Assembly: GCA_964016885.1 (NCBI GenBank)
Contig: OZ024743.1
Coordinates: 207,886,001-207,950,000, forward strand
Reading direction: 5' to 3'
Length of the DNA stretch: 64,000 bases
From: Eledone cirrhosa
Lineage: Eukaryota
Positions 30,633 through 43,434 of this stretch are shown here, piece after piece. Both the position numbers and the translations under genes were made by a program. The notes below the pieces were generated by a model that saw only the letters and a list, made by a program, of their open reading frames with translations, searched no databases and had not been told where the DNA came from. Position 1 is the first letter of the stretch. Each line of letters opens with the position of its first letter.

Positions 30633-31238
30633 AAATCCTGGTGTATTTGTTGACAGTGGATTTTAAAATCCACTGTCAATAAATAAACCAGGATTTTTTC
30701 ATTTTTTTTAAAAATCCACTGTCAATAAATACACCAGGATTTTTTCATTTTTTTAAAAAATCCACTGTCAATAAATACACCAGGATTTTTTCATTTTTTT
30801 AAAAATCCACTGTCAATAAATACACCAGGATTTTTTCATTTTTTTAAAAATCCACTGTCAATAAATACACCAGGATTTTTTCATTTTTTTTAAAATCCAC
30901 TGTCAATAAATACACCAGGATTTTTTCATTTTTTTTAAAATCCACTGTCAATAAATACACCAGGATTTTTTCATTTTTTTAAAAATCCACTGTCAATAAA
31001 TACACCAGGATATTTTCATTTTTTTTAAAATCCACTGTCAATAAATACACCAGGATTTTTTCATTTTTTTTAAAATCCACTGTCAATAAATACACCAGGA
31101 TTTTTTCATTTTTTTAAAAATCCACTGTCAATAAATACACCAGGATTTTTTCATTTTTTTAAAAATCCACTGTCAATAAATACACCAGGATTTTTTCATT
31201 TTTTTAAAAATCCACTGTCAATAAATACACCAGGATTT

Positions 31239-31299
31239 TTTCATTCTGATGACTGAAAGCAAATTTTGCTTGCTTTCAAGAAACCACTGGTAAATGAAA
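31239..31299 (+). ncRNA. Type I hammerhead ribozyme motif (intact core)
   Basis: Helix I tttcatt/aatgaaa; CTGATGA (31246-31252); helix II tgaaagcaa-attttgc-ttgctttca; GAAA; helix III ACCA-c-TGGT; triplet GTA ending at 31292. Confidence 0.85.
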
Positions 31300-31383
31300 T
31301 AATTATCTTATGTTGTTTATTACATAACTATATTTATACCCCCGTCCAAACCCATGCAAGCGTGGAACACGGACGTTAAACGT

Positions 31384-31417
<34 letters not shown>

Positions 31418-31523
31418 ATAGGAAAAGAGTCAGGACCCCAACGGCTGAGCTCCGGCCGTTTCGACAGATCCAGCTGTCGAAACGGCCGGAGCTCAGCCGT
31501 CGGGGTCCTGACTCTTTTCCTAT
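31418..31523. repeat. GC-rich 50-bp hairpin (6-nt loop) containing the 3' half of a hammerhead
   Basis: Arms 31418-31467 and 31474-31523, one mismatch. The right arm reads GAAACGGC-cggagctca-GCCGT-C. Confidence 0.9.
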
Positions 31524-33839
31524 TACCCACTCTACTACTCTTAGTATTGAATACTCTGGTGCGTTATGGTCCACCTGGTATCTTACCACACCCTCTTTGT
31601 TTATATATATATATATATAAAGAGAGAGAGAGAGAGAGGGGGGGGTGCGGGGGGGGGGGGGGGGGGGGGCATTATACATAGGAGTACTCAATGCAGAATT
31701 AGTATAGAGATATGTAAAATCCCGACCGCAAGCAGTTTTGGCAGGCGCCGTGTGTGTGTATATAAATTTGCATGAGTGCGAGAACTGGGAAGATGATGTA
31801 TTAGTCGATATATGATGAGATGCAGAGTGGGTAGAGTGAAAAGGTAAAATCCTAACGCTGTGCCCTGGTCGTTTCAACTTAACTTCCGTAAGTATTATAT
31901 ATATATATATATATAAATAATTATACTAAACTCGTCCTTTGCACTGAGTGCTGTTACCCTTGGATAAATCCCCCTAACTTTTACTACTACTATATATATA
32001 TATATATATAGACTCTTCACGTACATCGTATACATGTGTATGCATACAATGTATAAATGTTTTATGCGTGCAATGTATAAATGTTTTTAGATGCGTAATA
32101 TATGCATATCATACTATGTTTGTGTGCGTGTTTGTATGTGTGATTATGTATGTGTGCGTGTTTATGTGTTTCTATGTGTACGCGTTTATGTTTGTATGTG
32201 TGTTTATGCATGTGTGTGTGTTTCTTATCGTGTTTATGAATGTGTTCGTGTGCATGTGTGCATGTTTATGTATGTGTATTTGTGTTTATGTATGCGTTCA
32301 CGTGTGCATGTGTATGTGTGTGTGTGTGTGTGTGCACAAACAATGTAAGTTACAAAATAACTTTTTTCTACCAATTCAGAATCATCTGAAGAGATAAGAT
32401 GACCAGAGAGATATTAAAATGTCTAATTTCACAATTGATTAATAAATAGAAAGAGATTTCCTTTAATGAACTTCAAAAAGAAATGTGTTCTTAGTTTCTC
32501 TAATTAATTAAAACAGTAAAAAATATATTATTCAATAAAGTAATAAGCAAAAAACTGTTACGAAAATGTAATTAGTTTCAGTAAAACAGAAAATAGATAG
32601 CGGCAGACGTTTTAAGAATTTTAGTGGGTACAGTAGGAGGAATATGGTTCAACTTCAATTAAGAAGATACCAAAGTTTATAGATAGATTGTTAACCCTTT
32701 TGAAAGTAACCCGCCTCTGAGGTACTGTTATGTCCATTTTAAAGATGTCATCTCTTATATTAAAGCTGGTGAACTGGCTCAAGTACTGTTATCAAACTTT
32801 CCATTTTAAATCCGTCATATATTATGTTAAAGGTGAGGGTGAACTGGCAGTGTTGTTAGAACACAGGATAGAATGTTTTGTGGTATTCGCTCTGGTTCAC
32901 TGCTCTCTGAGTTCAAAGCCCGCCCAGGTCAACTTTGCTTTTCATTCTTTCGGGGTCAATACCAGTAATGCACTGAGGTCGATTTAATCGACTGTCTCCT
33001 CCCCACAAAAATTACTGGCCTTGTGCTTAACGTAGTAATCATATCATATTAAAAAGCGGCGAATTAACAGAGTCGTTAGAAGATCGGATAGAATGCTTTG
33101 CAGTGTTCTTTCCAACTCTGTTCTGAGTTCAAATCCCGCGGAGGAAAACTTTCTTTTCATCCTTTCGAGATCGATAAAAACATGCAAGTCTAGTGCCGGG
33201 GTCGACTGTTCTTCTATATCTTCATCACTTCCATTCTCTCATTCTATCCTTCTCTGGAAGAAATCTGTTGTGTTCAGACCTGGAGAGGAGATGGGCTCTG
33301 CTAGGTTTCAAAATGCTCAAGAAATGCTGTATATCAATACAGCACTCCTACGACTCCCTTAGGAATTAGGGGACCATGCCATGTCATCTTAAATTTAAAA
33401 TCTTTCGTTATAATTAATTTTATGTTCTTTCTAAACATCAATAAATGTTATTTTAAGAAAACCCTCCAGATTCTTGTTTATTTTCAACAGTGGTAATGTT
33501 GCCAGTGTGTTGGTTTGTCCCCAAAATATTCCTTTGACCCTTATGATGTGATGCGACCCAGACTGTCGCACTTGGTGGTAAGTTGAGGGTAGTTTTCGTT
33601 TTTGCCTCCCTCTATTTTTCTTTCTCTATATGTAAAGTTATTTATAAAAAAAAAATAAAACATCCAATATTACATTTCATCTCATGAGAAATGTGGCAAC
33701 AAAAGGGTTCTTTTAAAGTTTCGAAATCATGTGAATCGATTGGTGTGTGTGTCTGTCCGTTAAGTATTTCCGAAGAAAAGGTAAAGGAAAAAAAGAGTGC
33801 TCTATGTATTATGTTGAATATACATATCTGTACATACGA

Positions 33840-33937
33840 CTGTGAATACATATATACATACACATATATATATACATACACATTCATACATATATATACA
33901 CATACATATATACATACACATTCATACATATATATAC

Positions 33938-33980
<43 letters not shown>

Positions 33981-33987
33981 TACATTC

Positions 33988-34020
<33 letters not shown>

Positions 34021-34760
34021 AATAAATAAATAAATAAATAAATACATACATATATATATAAATACATACATATATATATAAATACATACATATATATATA
34101 AATACATACATATATATATAAATACATACATATATATATAAATACATACATATAAATATAAATACATACATATATATATAAATATAAATACATACATATA
34201 TATATAAATATAAATACATACATATATATATAAATATAAATACATACATATATATATAAATATAAATACATACATATATATAAATATAAATACATACATA
34301 TAAATATAAATACATACATATACATATAAATATAAATACATACATATACATATAAATATAAATACATATACATATAAATATAAATACATACATATATATA
34401 TATATAAATACATACATATATATAAATATAAATACATACANNNNNNNNNNNNNNNNNNNNNNNNNNNNNNNNNNNNNNNNNNNNNNNNNNNNNNNNNNNN
34501 NNNNNNNNNNNNNNNNNNNNNNNNNNNNNNNNNNNNNNNNNNNNNNNNNNNNNNNNNNNNNNNNNNNNNNNNNNNNNNNNNNNNNNNNNNNNNNNNNNNN
34601 NNNNNNNNNNNNNNNNNNNNNNNNNNNNNNNNNNNNNNNNACACACACACACACATATATATATATATACATACACACACATGTATACACACATATATAT
34701 ATATATATATATATACATACACACACATGTATACACACAACACACATATATATGTATGAA
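33840..34760. repeat. Compound TA/TACA/TAAA microsatellite containing an assembly gap (N, 34441-34640)
   Basis: Direct reading; 200 N bases. Confidence 0.97.
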
Positions 34761-35022
34761 TACATTTTTTTTATTCAAAGTATTTCATAATGTTGCAATT
34801 TCTTTCGGTAATTTCATGATTTTGGTCTTTAAATATTTCAACACTAAACTGTTTCAAAATATTTATATTTATCTTAAACACCTTTCATTTTATGTAAGAA
34901 GCTTTTTTAATCAGAAAGTTTGTTATATTATTAAATCCCTCTAAATTCTTGGCTATTTTCACAATGATTTGAACATCATAGAAGGTCTTTTATTAGAAAT
35001 ATGTTAGCGAAAGTGGTTAACT

Positions 35023-35681
35023 CAGAGATGGGGTACCTGCAGCCTTCTATGCCATTCTGTGCAGCCTTTTAAAAGAATTAAAAATGGGCAACAAATTTTT
35101 AATGTTTATTAATATGTTTTTGTTTATCTCTTATAATTTTAATTTAAACCATAAGATGAATGCATTTTAAATATCAAAGAGTAAAAGAAAATTCAACGAA
35201 ATAATCCATACTCATTAGTAGATTATAAGGGCCATTTCAGCACTTTCTATACTCGTGGTTTAGTTCTAATGTGATTCTAGAATGTACATTAAATTCCTGC
35301 TTGACTGGAGCCACTATCACCCGGGCTGGTTGGTGAGAACCTGCAGGGTTTTGGTACACGAGTGATTATGGTTTCTTGAATGTGGCCTTATTATATTACA
35401 AGTAAATTAATGTGGCATTATTATACCACAAGAGGGCGGTGAATTGGCAGTATCGGTAGAGGGTTGGACGCCATGCTTTGACGCATAGAGTTACGGCCCT
35501 TGCCATTCTGAGTTCAAATCCCACCGAGGTTAACTTTGCCTTTCATCCTTATGGGGTCGATAAAATAAAGTACCAGTAATGTACTGGATAATTGCTGGCC
35601 TTGTGCCAAAAGTAGAAACAATTATTATACCACAAGTAATTTAATGTGGCCTTTCAACATGTAAAGGTTCCCCCACCTCTG
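35023..35681. mobile_element. Non-autonomous hAT-type DNA transposon (MITE)
   Basis: TIRs cagagatggggtacct / aggttcccccacctctg. 8-bp TSD ggttaact / gtttaact (7/8 match). Subterminal (t)gtggc repeats. Confidence 0.8.
35433..35620 (+). mobile_element. SINE family B, full length, 16-bp TSD, nested in the hAT MITE
   Basis: attattataccacaag at 35417-35432 and 35621-35636. A box tggcagtatcgg, B box gagttcaaatcc. Confidence 0.92.
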
Positions 35682-36011
35682 GTTTAACTAAATGTTTAGC
35701 AAGGCGTTTATGGACAAATGCAGTTAAAAGTAATATTCTTTATTATAATAACATTTCCATGATAAATTCTAATTGCTAACTTTGCAAAAAGAAATAAGCG
35801 AAACTGATATATAATTTTTTAATTTTTTAGCGTTGTTTTGGCGATGTCACAGATGTGTAAAGACCCCCTTTGGTAACGAAATACCATGAGTTCCCTTCCG
35901 AATACAAGTCCAGACAAGATGTGTTTGTCAGCCATAAATCTTCTCTCTTCATGCCACTTATGTTGTCCAAGAGAAAGGCAAAGGCCGATACAACTTGACA
36001 CAAGATACGTC

Positions 36012-36158
36012 ACAACTCATTTCTACAGCTGGGTAAACTGGAGAAACGTGAAATAAAGTAACTTACTCAAGGACACAACACATCACCCGGTCCGAGAATC
36101 AAACTCACAACCTCCCGATTGCAAGCCCAATGCTCTAACCACTAAGCCATGTGCCTTC
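36012..36158 (-). mobile_element. SINE family A-like 5' portion
   Basis: Reverse complement of ggcacatggcttagtggttagagcattggg...gtgagtttgattctcggaccgggtgatgtgttgtgtccttgag. Confidence 0.75.
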
Positions 36159-36970
36159 ACTTATAGACATGTGGAGCTGCAATAATTTAAGGGGATTTTC
36201 AATACCCAGTCTACTCAGTAAGGTGGTGTAATGATTCCACGACAGAAAGTACCAAGTCCACTTTATAATGTGGTCTTGGTGACAACAAAAAGTACCCAGT
36301 AAAACCTGTAAGGTGATCATGCGGGCGTTCCGAAAGAAGCATCCAATCCACACAGTAAGTTAGTCTTGTTGGTACTACTACAAAAAGTACCCAGTGCGCT
36401 TGTAAAGTGGTCGGGCTGGTGCCACGATAAAAAGCACCCAGTCCACTCACTACGTTAGTCGTGCTGGTGCCATGACAAAAAGCAACCAGTACACTATGTA
36501 ATACGGTTGATGTTAAGAAGGACATCCAGCCATAGAAAACCCAGCCTAAATTACACCTGTAGAGCAAGTTATGGCCACCTGACCTGGGTAACCTCATGAC
36601 GAGGCAGCCTGTCTAACCCATACTACCATGGGAAATGGACGTTAAACGTTGATGATGATGATGGTGGTGGTGGCGACGATGATGGTGGTGGTGGTGGTGG
36701 TGGTGATGATGATGGTGATGGTGGTGATAGTGGTCGTGATGATGGTGTGCTTGCATCCGTTTCGCACCACATCATATATAACTCCCCCAACATCCTGGAT
36801 TACACCATCAGACATAACACAACAACTATCGTTAGAAACTGTATTATCACACCATCTATACATTGTGGGTAGAACGATAGTGAAATATGTTATTGCCTCA
36901 ACTCCTCCCCTACCTTAACTATTTGTGATGTCGTAGTGGTATTAAGCGGTGTGTCTTGGACATCGAAACC

Positions 36971-37013
36971 TGAAGAAGAAGAAGAAGAAGAAGAAGAAGA
37001 ACAACAACAACAA

Positions 37014-37087
<74 letters not shown>

Positions 37088-37111
37088 GCGGCAGCAGCAA
37101 CAGCAGCAGTA
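36971..37111. repeat. Compound (GAA)n(CAA)n(CAG)n trinucleotide repeat
   Basis: Direct reading of the sequence. Confidence 0.95.
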
Positions 37112-37429
37112 GTACTGGATTGGTACTTTAGTTATCTACTTCGAAAGGATGAAAAGCAAAGTGACCTCGACAGGATTTGAGCTGAGAGATCAGAGAAAAA
37201 GCAGAGAGCAAAAAACAGAATCATTGACAAATAAAACTATGTGTGTGGATGTGAGTGCGTCAGAGTGAGGGAGAGAGAGAGAGAGCATGTGTGTCACAGA
37301 GAGAGAGAGAGAAGGAGGGCGTGTGTGTGTGTGTGTCAGAGTGAAAGAGAGAGAGGGGCTGTGTGTGTCTAAAGTTCTGAAATTGACGGAGTTTCACAGA
37401 AAGAAAATATCCCATTTCTGGTACAGAAC

Positions 37430-38250
37430 GTGAGGCCGCCTGTGAGACGTGGGACCGGCTGGGACTTAACCCAGGAGACGTCCCTCCTCCTTCTCCCCCT
37501 GTTGACGTCAAGTCCCCCCCCCCCCCCCCCCCCCAACGCACTTGGGATGCCATCCAGTGCAGCCTGGCCTCAGACAGGCTCACGCGCCAGCTCGCGACCA
37601 GCACCGCCTTGTTTGTTTTCGTGCGGCCTCCAAACCCCACAGTGGTGCCTGGCCGCATGCCCTACCCTCCTACTCCACTGGCACGCAGCTAAACAACCAT
37701 AGCCTGCGCATCGGCGTTTCTCTGAGGCTCGGCCTCCGGATCTGCCAGCCACACCAATGTCGCTGCGGTTCCAGCGTGGACTCTTTCGGCCTCCACCCGC
37801 TTTCCTGTCGCCACAGTGCCGACAGCATTCCACGCCATGCTGCCCTCAACGAGGTCATAAAGCATGACTTGGATGCTGCAGGCTTCCCTTCCCAGCTCGA
37901 GCGGTGGGGCTGGATCGAGGGAACGGCAAAAGGCTAGATGGCATAACCATCTTCCCGTTCCGCGGTGGCAAACCCCTCGTCTGGGATGCCACTTGCACCG
38001 ACACTTTCTGCAGCCGCAACCTGGTGCCGTTTGCAACTGTCACAGGTTCTGCTGCACGTCGGGCTGAGGGGCCCAAACTCTTCAAATACCGGTCGCTCTC
38101 CGACAGGTTTGTGGTCGTACCCCTGGTAGTGGAGACTTCTGGTGTCCTCGGCTCCAGGGCTACCTCCTTACTCACCACCATAGGCGCTGAGCTGGCCAGC
38201 CGCAGGTGTGAGCTCCGCGAGTTGGAGTGGCTTTTCCAGTGCGTCTCCCG
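37430..38250 (+). mobile_element. CRE-clade non-LTR retrotransposon 3' fragment (zinc knuckle + restriction-like endonuclease)
   Basis: GC-rich island. Frameshifted translation 'SGAWPHALP...LRIGVSLRLG...CRCG...HPLSC...RHAALN...LE / GLDRGNGKRLDGITIFPFRGGKPLVWDATCTDT...K..KY....VVPLVVETSGVLG...WLFQ'. Confidence 0.85.
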
Positions 38251-38828
38251 CCTTCTCCATTCTGTCCGCCGAGGCTGTGGGTGGGTCCCATCGCGTACCG
38301 TTGTAGTTGTTGTATACAGATATTAACTCATCAATCCCATTGACCTAATCCAAAAGTTCTTATTTACACATAGAATAGAATGAGGTTTGACATGGCTATT
38401 GAATATGATATCATTTGTAGTGGAGGTGCATGGTAAAGGTGTTGGACTAACTATCAAAATGTCGTGGGTTCGGTTCCTGGATTGGGTTGTGTGTTGCGTT
38501 CTTGAACAAACACTCCATTTCACGTTGCTCCAATATACTCAGCTGAAAATGATTACCAACAGTAGCTGAGGGTTTAACCATGCAATGGACTGGTGTCTTG
38601 TCTAGAAGGAAGTCTTGTACTCCCAGTCACTGAAATCAGGATAAACAGCGGCCTAGTGAGTCTCCGGGCTCGCAACAGACTTTAGACCATTTGCAGTACA
38701 CACACAGACGGAATAAAATGAAGTTTGAGGTTGTTATTCAGTATTTTTCATCCAAGAATGTAACATGATATTCCGATTTCATAAATTATGTCCCAGTTTT
38801 AACTGTCAATGATTCAATTTTTTTCCTT

Positions 38829-38950
38829 TTGCTCTCTGTTATCGGAGCGGAGTTGACCGCCCTCAGGTGCGAGAGCCCCACGAGGTGGAGTGGCTGTTCC
38901 AACACGTCTCCCATACTGTCCCCCGGGGCGATGTATTGGCCATCCTGTCG
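38829..38950 (+). mobile_element. CRE-type extreme 3' fragment
   Basis: 'LLSVIGAELTALRCE..EVEWLFQHVS....GDVLAIL' parallels 38170-38250. Confidence 0.65.
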
Positions 38951-39369
38951 TAAGTTAATTGGATGTGGAGGATATTTGTTCGGTCGTCACTTCCTCTCTA
39001 TTTCTATATGTAGGAATAGCTTGAATCAATGGTTTAATAAACGCTTAGACTTTTACTTCTAAAGTCAACATTATATTTGTAATGTTATTTTGAAAGAATT
39101 GTGAGCAATTTGTAATTTTATTTATGTATATATATGTATTATTATTTAATAAAAATATTTACTTATAAAAGTCTATATTGAAGAATTCTAAACCAGATAT
39201 TGACCTCAACAATGTTTCTGATAATACTGAACCTTTCTTCTCTAAAGCAGAGCTGGACAATATGCTTGATTATGAGAAAAAAAATATCTTTAAAATTTAC
39301 TTAGAAATTATGAAACAAAGTTATCTTCCTTGAGTGGATGTCACGTGATTTAATATTTCTAAAAAATCA

Positions 39370-39810
39370 TTTGGGGGAGCTGGAACACTGACGACGAAGT
39401 TCTTGTCATTGTTAGTGGGCCACCTTACCGAGATATCCATACTTGGCTGTTCTAGTGCATTAGCCTTGCTATAACCTTGTATTACCGAGATATCAGGTGA
39501 TGCCTGTGAAGGTACTTAGTTGTTCCAACACCTTACCCTCACCATCATCCTGTCTTACCGAGGTATGAGGTGATGTCCATGAGAGAACTTGGCTGTTCCA
39601 ACACCTTAGCCTTGCTGTTAACCTGTATTACGGAGATATTAAGTGATGCCTGTGAGGGTACTTGGCTGTTCTAGTGCCTTAGCCTCACCATCGCCATGTC
39701 TTACCGAGGGTGATACCTGTGAAAGTACTTGGTTGTTCCAACACCTTGGCCTCACCATCACCCGTGGTAATGCTGCCATTGTGTTGACTTGCCTTAAAAG
39801 GTATTAGAGA
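39370..39810 (+). mobile_element. CRE-type 3' fragment with tandemly amplified ~70-bp coding segment
   Basis: ttaccgag..ggtgatgcctgtga.ggtacttggctgttccaacaccttagcct... repeated about 5 times, then cgtggtaatgctgccattgtgttgacttgc (RGNAAIVLTC). Confidence 0.7.
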
Positions 39811-40111
39811 GAGAAAGACTGCCAAATATACTTCTGTAAGTATTTATTCTTTTATCTAATTCAGAAACAGTTTTTTGCTTTATGTTGTTATTGTCGCTCG
39901 TCTCAGTATAATGTCTATAAATGACCAATTCTTAATAAATATCAAAATATTCCGTTGACTCTAGTGGTGTGTATGGCCGAATGTCGCACATGGTCGTTTT
40001 TCTCTCGCCCTAATGATATGTTTTTGTGCAATATATTTGTAAGGTTCTTAGTAATAATTAATTGTATTTATTATGTTTATATTTTCATTCTGTAAGAATT
40101 ATAAGCAATTA

Positions 40112-40493
40112 AGTGATAGCAAAAGATCTGACGGCCTTACCCTGTGCCCTTTGTCGAGAGGCAGGTGCCTTGTCTGGGACGTCACTGATAGTGACTCTTT
40201 TGCTTCTTCCTACATCCTGGATGCTGCGGTTAGGACGAGAGTCACAGCTTCCGCAGCCGAGCGGAGTAAGATCCTCAAATACTGTGATCTGTCGGCCAGC
40301 TACATTTTTCAGCCTGTGGCTGACGTTTGGGGGAGTCGGGCCGCTGACTTCAAGGTTCCTCTCTTCACTGGCGGCTTGCCTAATAGAGGTAACTGGCGAA
40401 TCTCGCGAGGGCGCTTGGATGTTCCAGCGCATTAGCCTCGCCATTACCCAAGGCAACGCTGCGAGTGTTCTGACTTGCCTCAAAAATCATTAG
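40112..40493 (+). mobile_element. CRE-type RLE 3' fragment
   Basis: 'KRSDGLTLCPLSRGRCLVWDVTDSDSFA...AAERSKILKY.DL...F.PVA' plus 'TGESREGAWMFQRISLAITQGNAASVL'. Confidence 0.85.
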
Positions 40494-41633
40494 AGAGGTT
40501 GCCCGGTACTCCTCGCGACGATGATGTCTTTTGTTCTGGTGTTGGCTCGGTTGTTCACCCGTTCCTTTACATTTTCTTTAATATTGCAACATTAAAAGAA
40601 TATATCCTTCTGAAAGAATCGCGAGCAATTTATAATGTTATTTATGTATATATTTAAAACATATTTGTTATGTTACTCTACTGTAAATTTATTTATATGC
40701 TTTGTATAATAAATGTGAAAATATTTATAATGTTATTTTTATATTTGTAAAAGTAAATAAATTAGATGGCGAAATAAAACCTGTCCACTTAATTTCTTTA
40801 ATCGGTTATGTGTTGGACGACATGCTTTGCGACACAGAGTTGTGGACATTTACGTTCGAGTTCAACTCCCACCGAAGTTAGCTTTGCCTTTCATCCTTAC
40901 GGGGTCGATAAAATAAAGTACCAGTAACACACTGAGGTCGATTTAATAGACATTCCCTTCCTCTATAACTGCTGGCATTGTGCCTAAATCAGAAACCATT
41001 ATTTGTTCAAGGATTATTTCCTGCTCGTCTATGCTGAAGTCACAAGTCTTTCTGCTTTTGATTTAAGGCCGATTAAATATTCCTCAATTGACTCCTCATT
41101 TTATATTGATGAGAACTGTAATCCAAGCCCTTTGTTTAGTTTTTATATAAGATGGCTTATGTCACAAATTCAGAATACGTTTTCTGATATTTATTTCTGT
41201 TTGGTCGTAAAATCCATATTTTGTATTAATTTTCGACTCTTTGATCCTGTGTTGAATAAAATATTGTTGTGTTTCAGTTTTCATCAAGTTTGTTGGTAGC
41301 TTTCAAATATATATTCCGCCAAGGTTAGCTTTGCCTTTCATCCTTAGAGGGTCGATAAAATAAAGTATCAGTAACGCACTGGATGTCGATTTAATAGACT
41401 TTTTCATTCCCTTCAAATTGCTGGCCATGTGCCAAATGTAGAAACAATTATTATTCTTCCAAACATTAGATAAATAATAAGTTACATCACAAAATTTCTT
41501 CAAATTCTTAATTAAAATCACAGGCAATGTTTTTCAATAGAAATGCGGTAACAAAGGGGTTAATTAATTTTTGTTTTTATGTTTTAATGTTACGTATACC
41601 TCTACCAACAACGAAGCCTTTTTATTTAATAAT

Positions 41634-41804
41634 TGTTTCTACTTTTGGTACAAGATCACCAATTATTCAGTATATTACTGGTACTTTATTTTATCGACCC
41701 CGTACGGATGAAAGGCAAAGTTAACCTCGGCGGGATTTGAACTCAGAATGGCAAGGGCCGTAACTCAATGCGTCAAAACATGGCGTCCGACCCTCTACGC
41801 CATG
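41634..41804 (-). mobile_element. SINE family B with 16-bp TSD
   Basis: ctttttatttaataat at 41618-41633 and 41805-41820. Further SINE-B copies at ~40810-41000, 41315-41450, 46215-46420, 46444-46556 and 61405-61600. Confidence 0.9.
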
Positions 41805-42309
41805 CTTTTTATTTAATAATGGCATTTGTTTCAGATATGTTCACATCATTCCTAATCATTTAAACGTGCTATAAAATGTCTTTTAAATATTCCAAAGAAA
41901 ATCCGTTAAATTTCTAGAACACAACCGCTGGTGTTCGCTGTGAGTTCGACAAATAAAATGTGTCCAGTATCCTTGTCATAGCCCTGTCTTAGCCTTGCTA
42001 TCACCCGTGGTAATGCTGTCGTTGTGTTGGCTTGTCTCTGAAAGTATTAGAGGGAGGTTCTGGTACCCATTGTGGTGTGTGACTGATTGACACACTTAGT
42101 GTTGACTTAATATTTTCTTTCGTTTTGATTATAAATTTTAATGTGGACTATTTATGTAATTAATATTGTATATATTATATGTGAGTTATATTTTCATTTT
42201 GTAAGAATTATAAACAATTTGTAAGCACTTCAACTATGATGACTGTTTCTGGAACTTTGCAAATCTAACTTTACGATGTCGATATCTCTTCGGTCGTATT
42301 GTCCAGGGT

Positions 42310-42785
42310 TAATGGGAAGAAAGAAGCTGGATGGTCATCCTCTTTGTCCTTGGGGGTAAGAGGTAGATGTTTCATCTGGGACGTCACAGTAAATTACTCT
42401 TTCTCTCCTTCCAACATCCTGGATGTTGTAGAGAAGGTGGCGGTCATTACATCAGTACCCAAACGTAATAAAATTCTAAAGTACTAGGAATTATCAACAT
42501 ATTTTTATCAGCTAATGGCATATAAGACATTTGCGGTAGCTGGGCCTCTGACAACGAAGTTCTTGTTTTGCCTTTCATCCTTACGTTGTCGATAAAATAA
42601 AGCACCACTTATGTACTGGGATAATTGCTGGCCTTGTGCCAAAAGTAGAAACAATTTTTGGTGGCTCACCTTACCGACGTATAAGGTGATGCTCCTATTG
42701 GGGGTGCTTGGTTATTTCAATATCTTAGCCTCGCTATCCCCCTCGGCAATCCTGCAAGTGTGTTGGCTTGCTTCAAAAATTATTA
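42310..42785 (+). mobile_element. Degraded CRE-type RLE fragment interrupted by a truncated SINE-B (~42567-42655)
   Basis: 'GRCFIWDVTV..SF..SNILD...K.LKY'. After the SINE, ctcaccttaccgac..ggtgatgct..ttggttatttcaa..cttagcctcgctatc..ggcaat. Confidence 0.7.
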
Positions 42786-42841
42786 GAAGGAAACTCCAGT
42801 GTGCTCCTTGTGATGTGTGGTTGGTTTTGGGAAGTCCCCCC

Positions 42842-42893
<52 letters not shown>

Positions 42894-43434
42894 ATATAAA
42901 TTGTGTTTATTTGTATGTATAATTATGTCATATTTTATAGATGAGAGAGGGCAGAACTTATTTGTTAAAAAAGAAAATATATATATATATATGAAATTTA
43001 TAACTGAAAAAGTTGTGGTGCATAAATAAGAAGTTTGTTGTTAGTACAGTGGACACAACATAGCAGAATGGTGAAACGGTTTGCTTCATATTCGTTAGAT
43101 CCCAGGTTCGATTCCACTGTGGCATATGTGTGAAATTGAGATGACGGAAAGTGTTTGGAATCCCATCAAATGAATTGTACTTGTAATTCAAAGAGTCAGC
43201 CATGTCACACACTGTGTCACATTGAATCTCCCTGAGAATTACATTAAAAGTACACGTGTCTGTGGAATGCTCGGCCACTTACACGTTACCTTTGTGAGCA
43301 TGTTCCGTTGATCGAACAAATGGAATACTCATCGTCGAAACTGACGAGGTCCATCGTTGCTAGTATATGATAAGTATGTGGAAACTAGTGATGTGTCAGC
43401 ATAAATAGTTAATAGATTCCGGGAAAGGACACAT

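Larger units (their letters stand above)
30541..31330. repeat. Fold-back of two ~124-bp hammerhead-bearing arms enclosing ~13 tandem copies of a ~45-bp unit
   Basis: 30541-30664 is the reverse complement of ~31207-31330 (one mismatch). Unit aaaatccactgtcaataaatacaccaggattttttcatt(t)n repeats from 30665. Confidence 0.95.

Noticed and set aside
30665-31245. CRISPR-like regular array
   Set aside because: Units are contiguous with no unique spacers, there are no cas genes, and the context is eukaryotic.
36949-37131. PolyK/N/S or polyQ coding tract
   Set aside because: Compound trinucleotide microsatellite abutting a SINE fragment, with no exon context.
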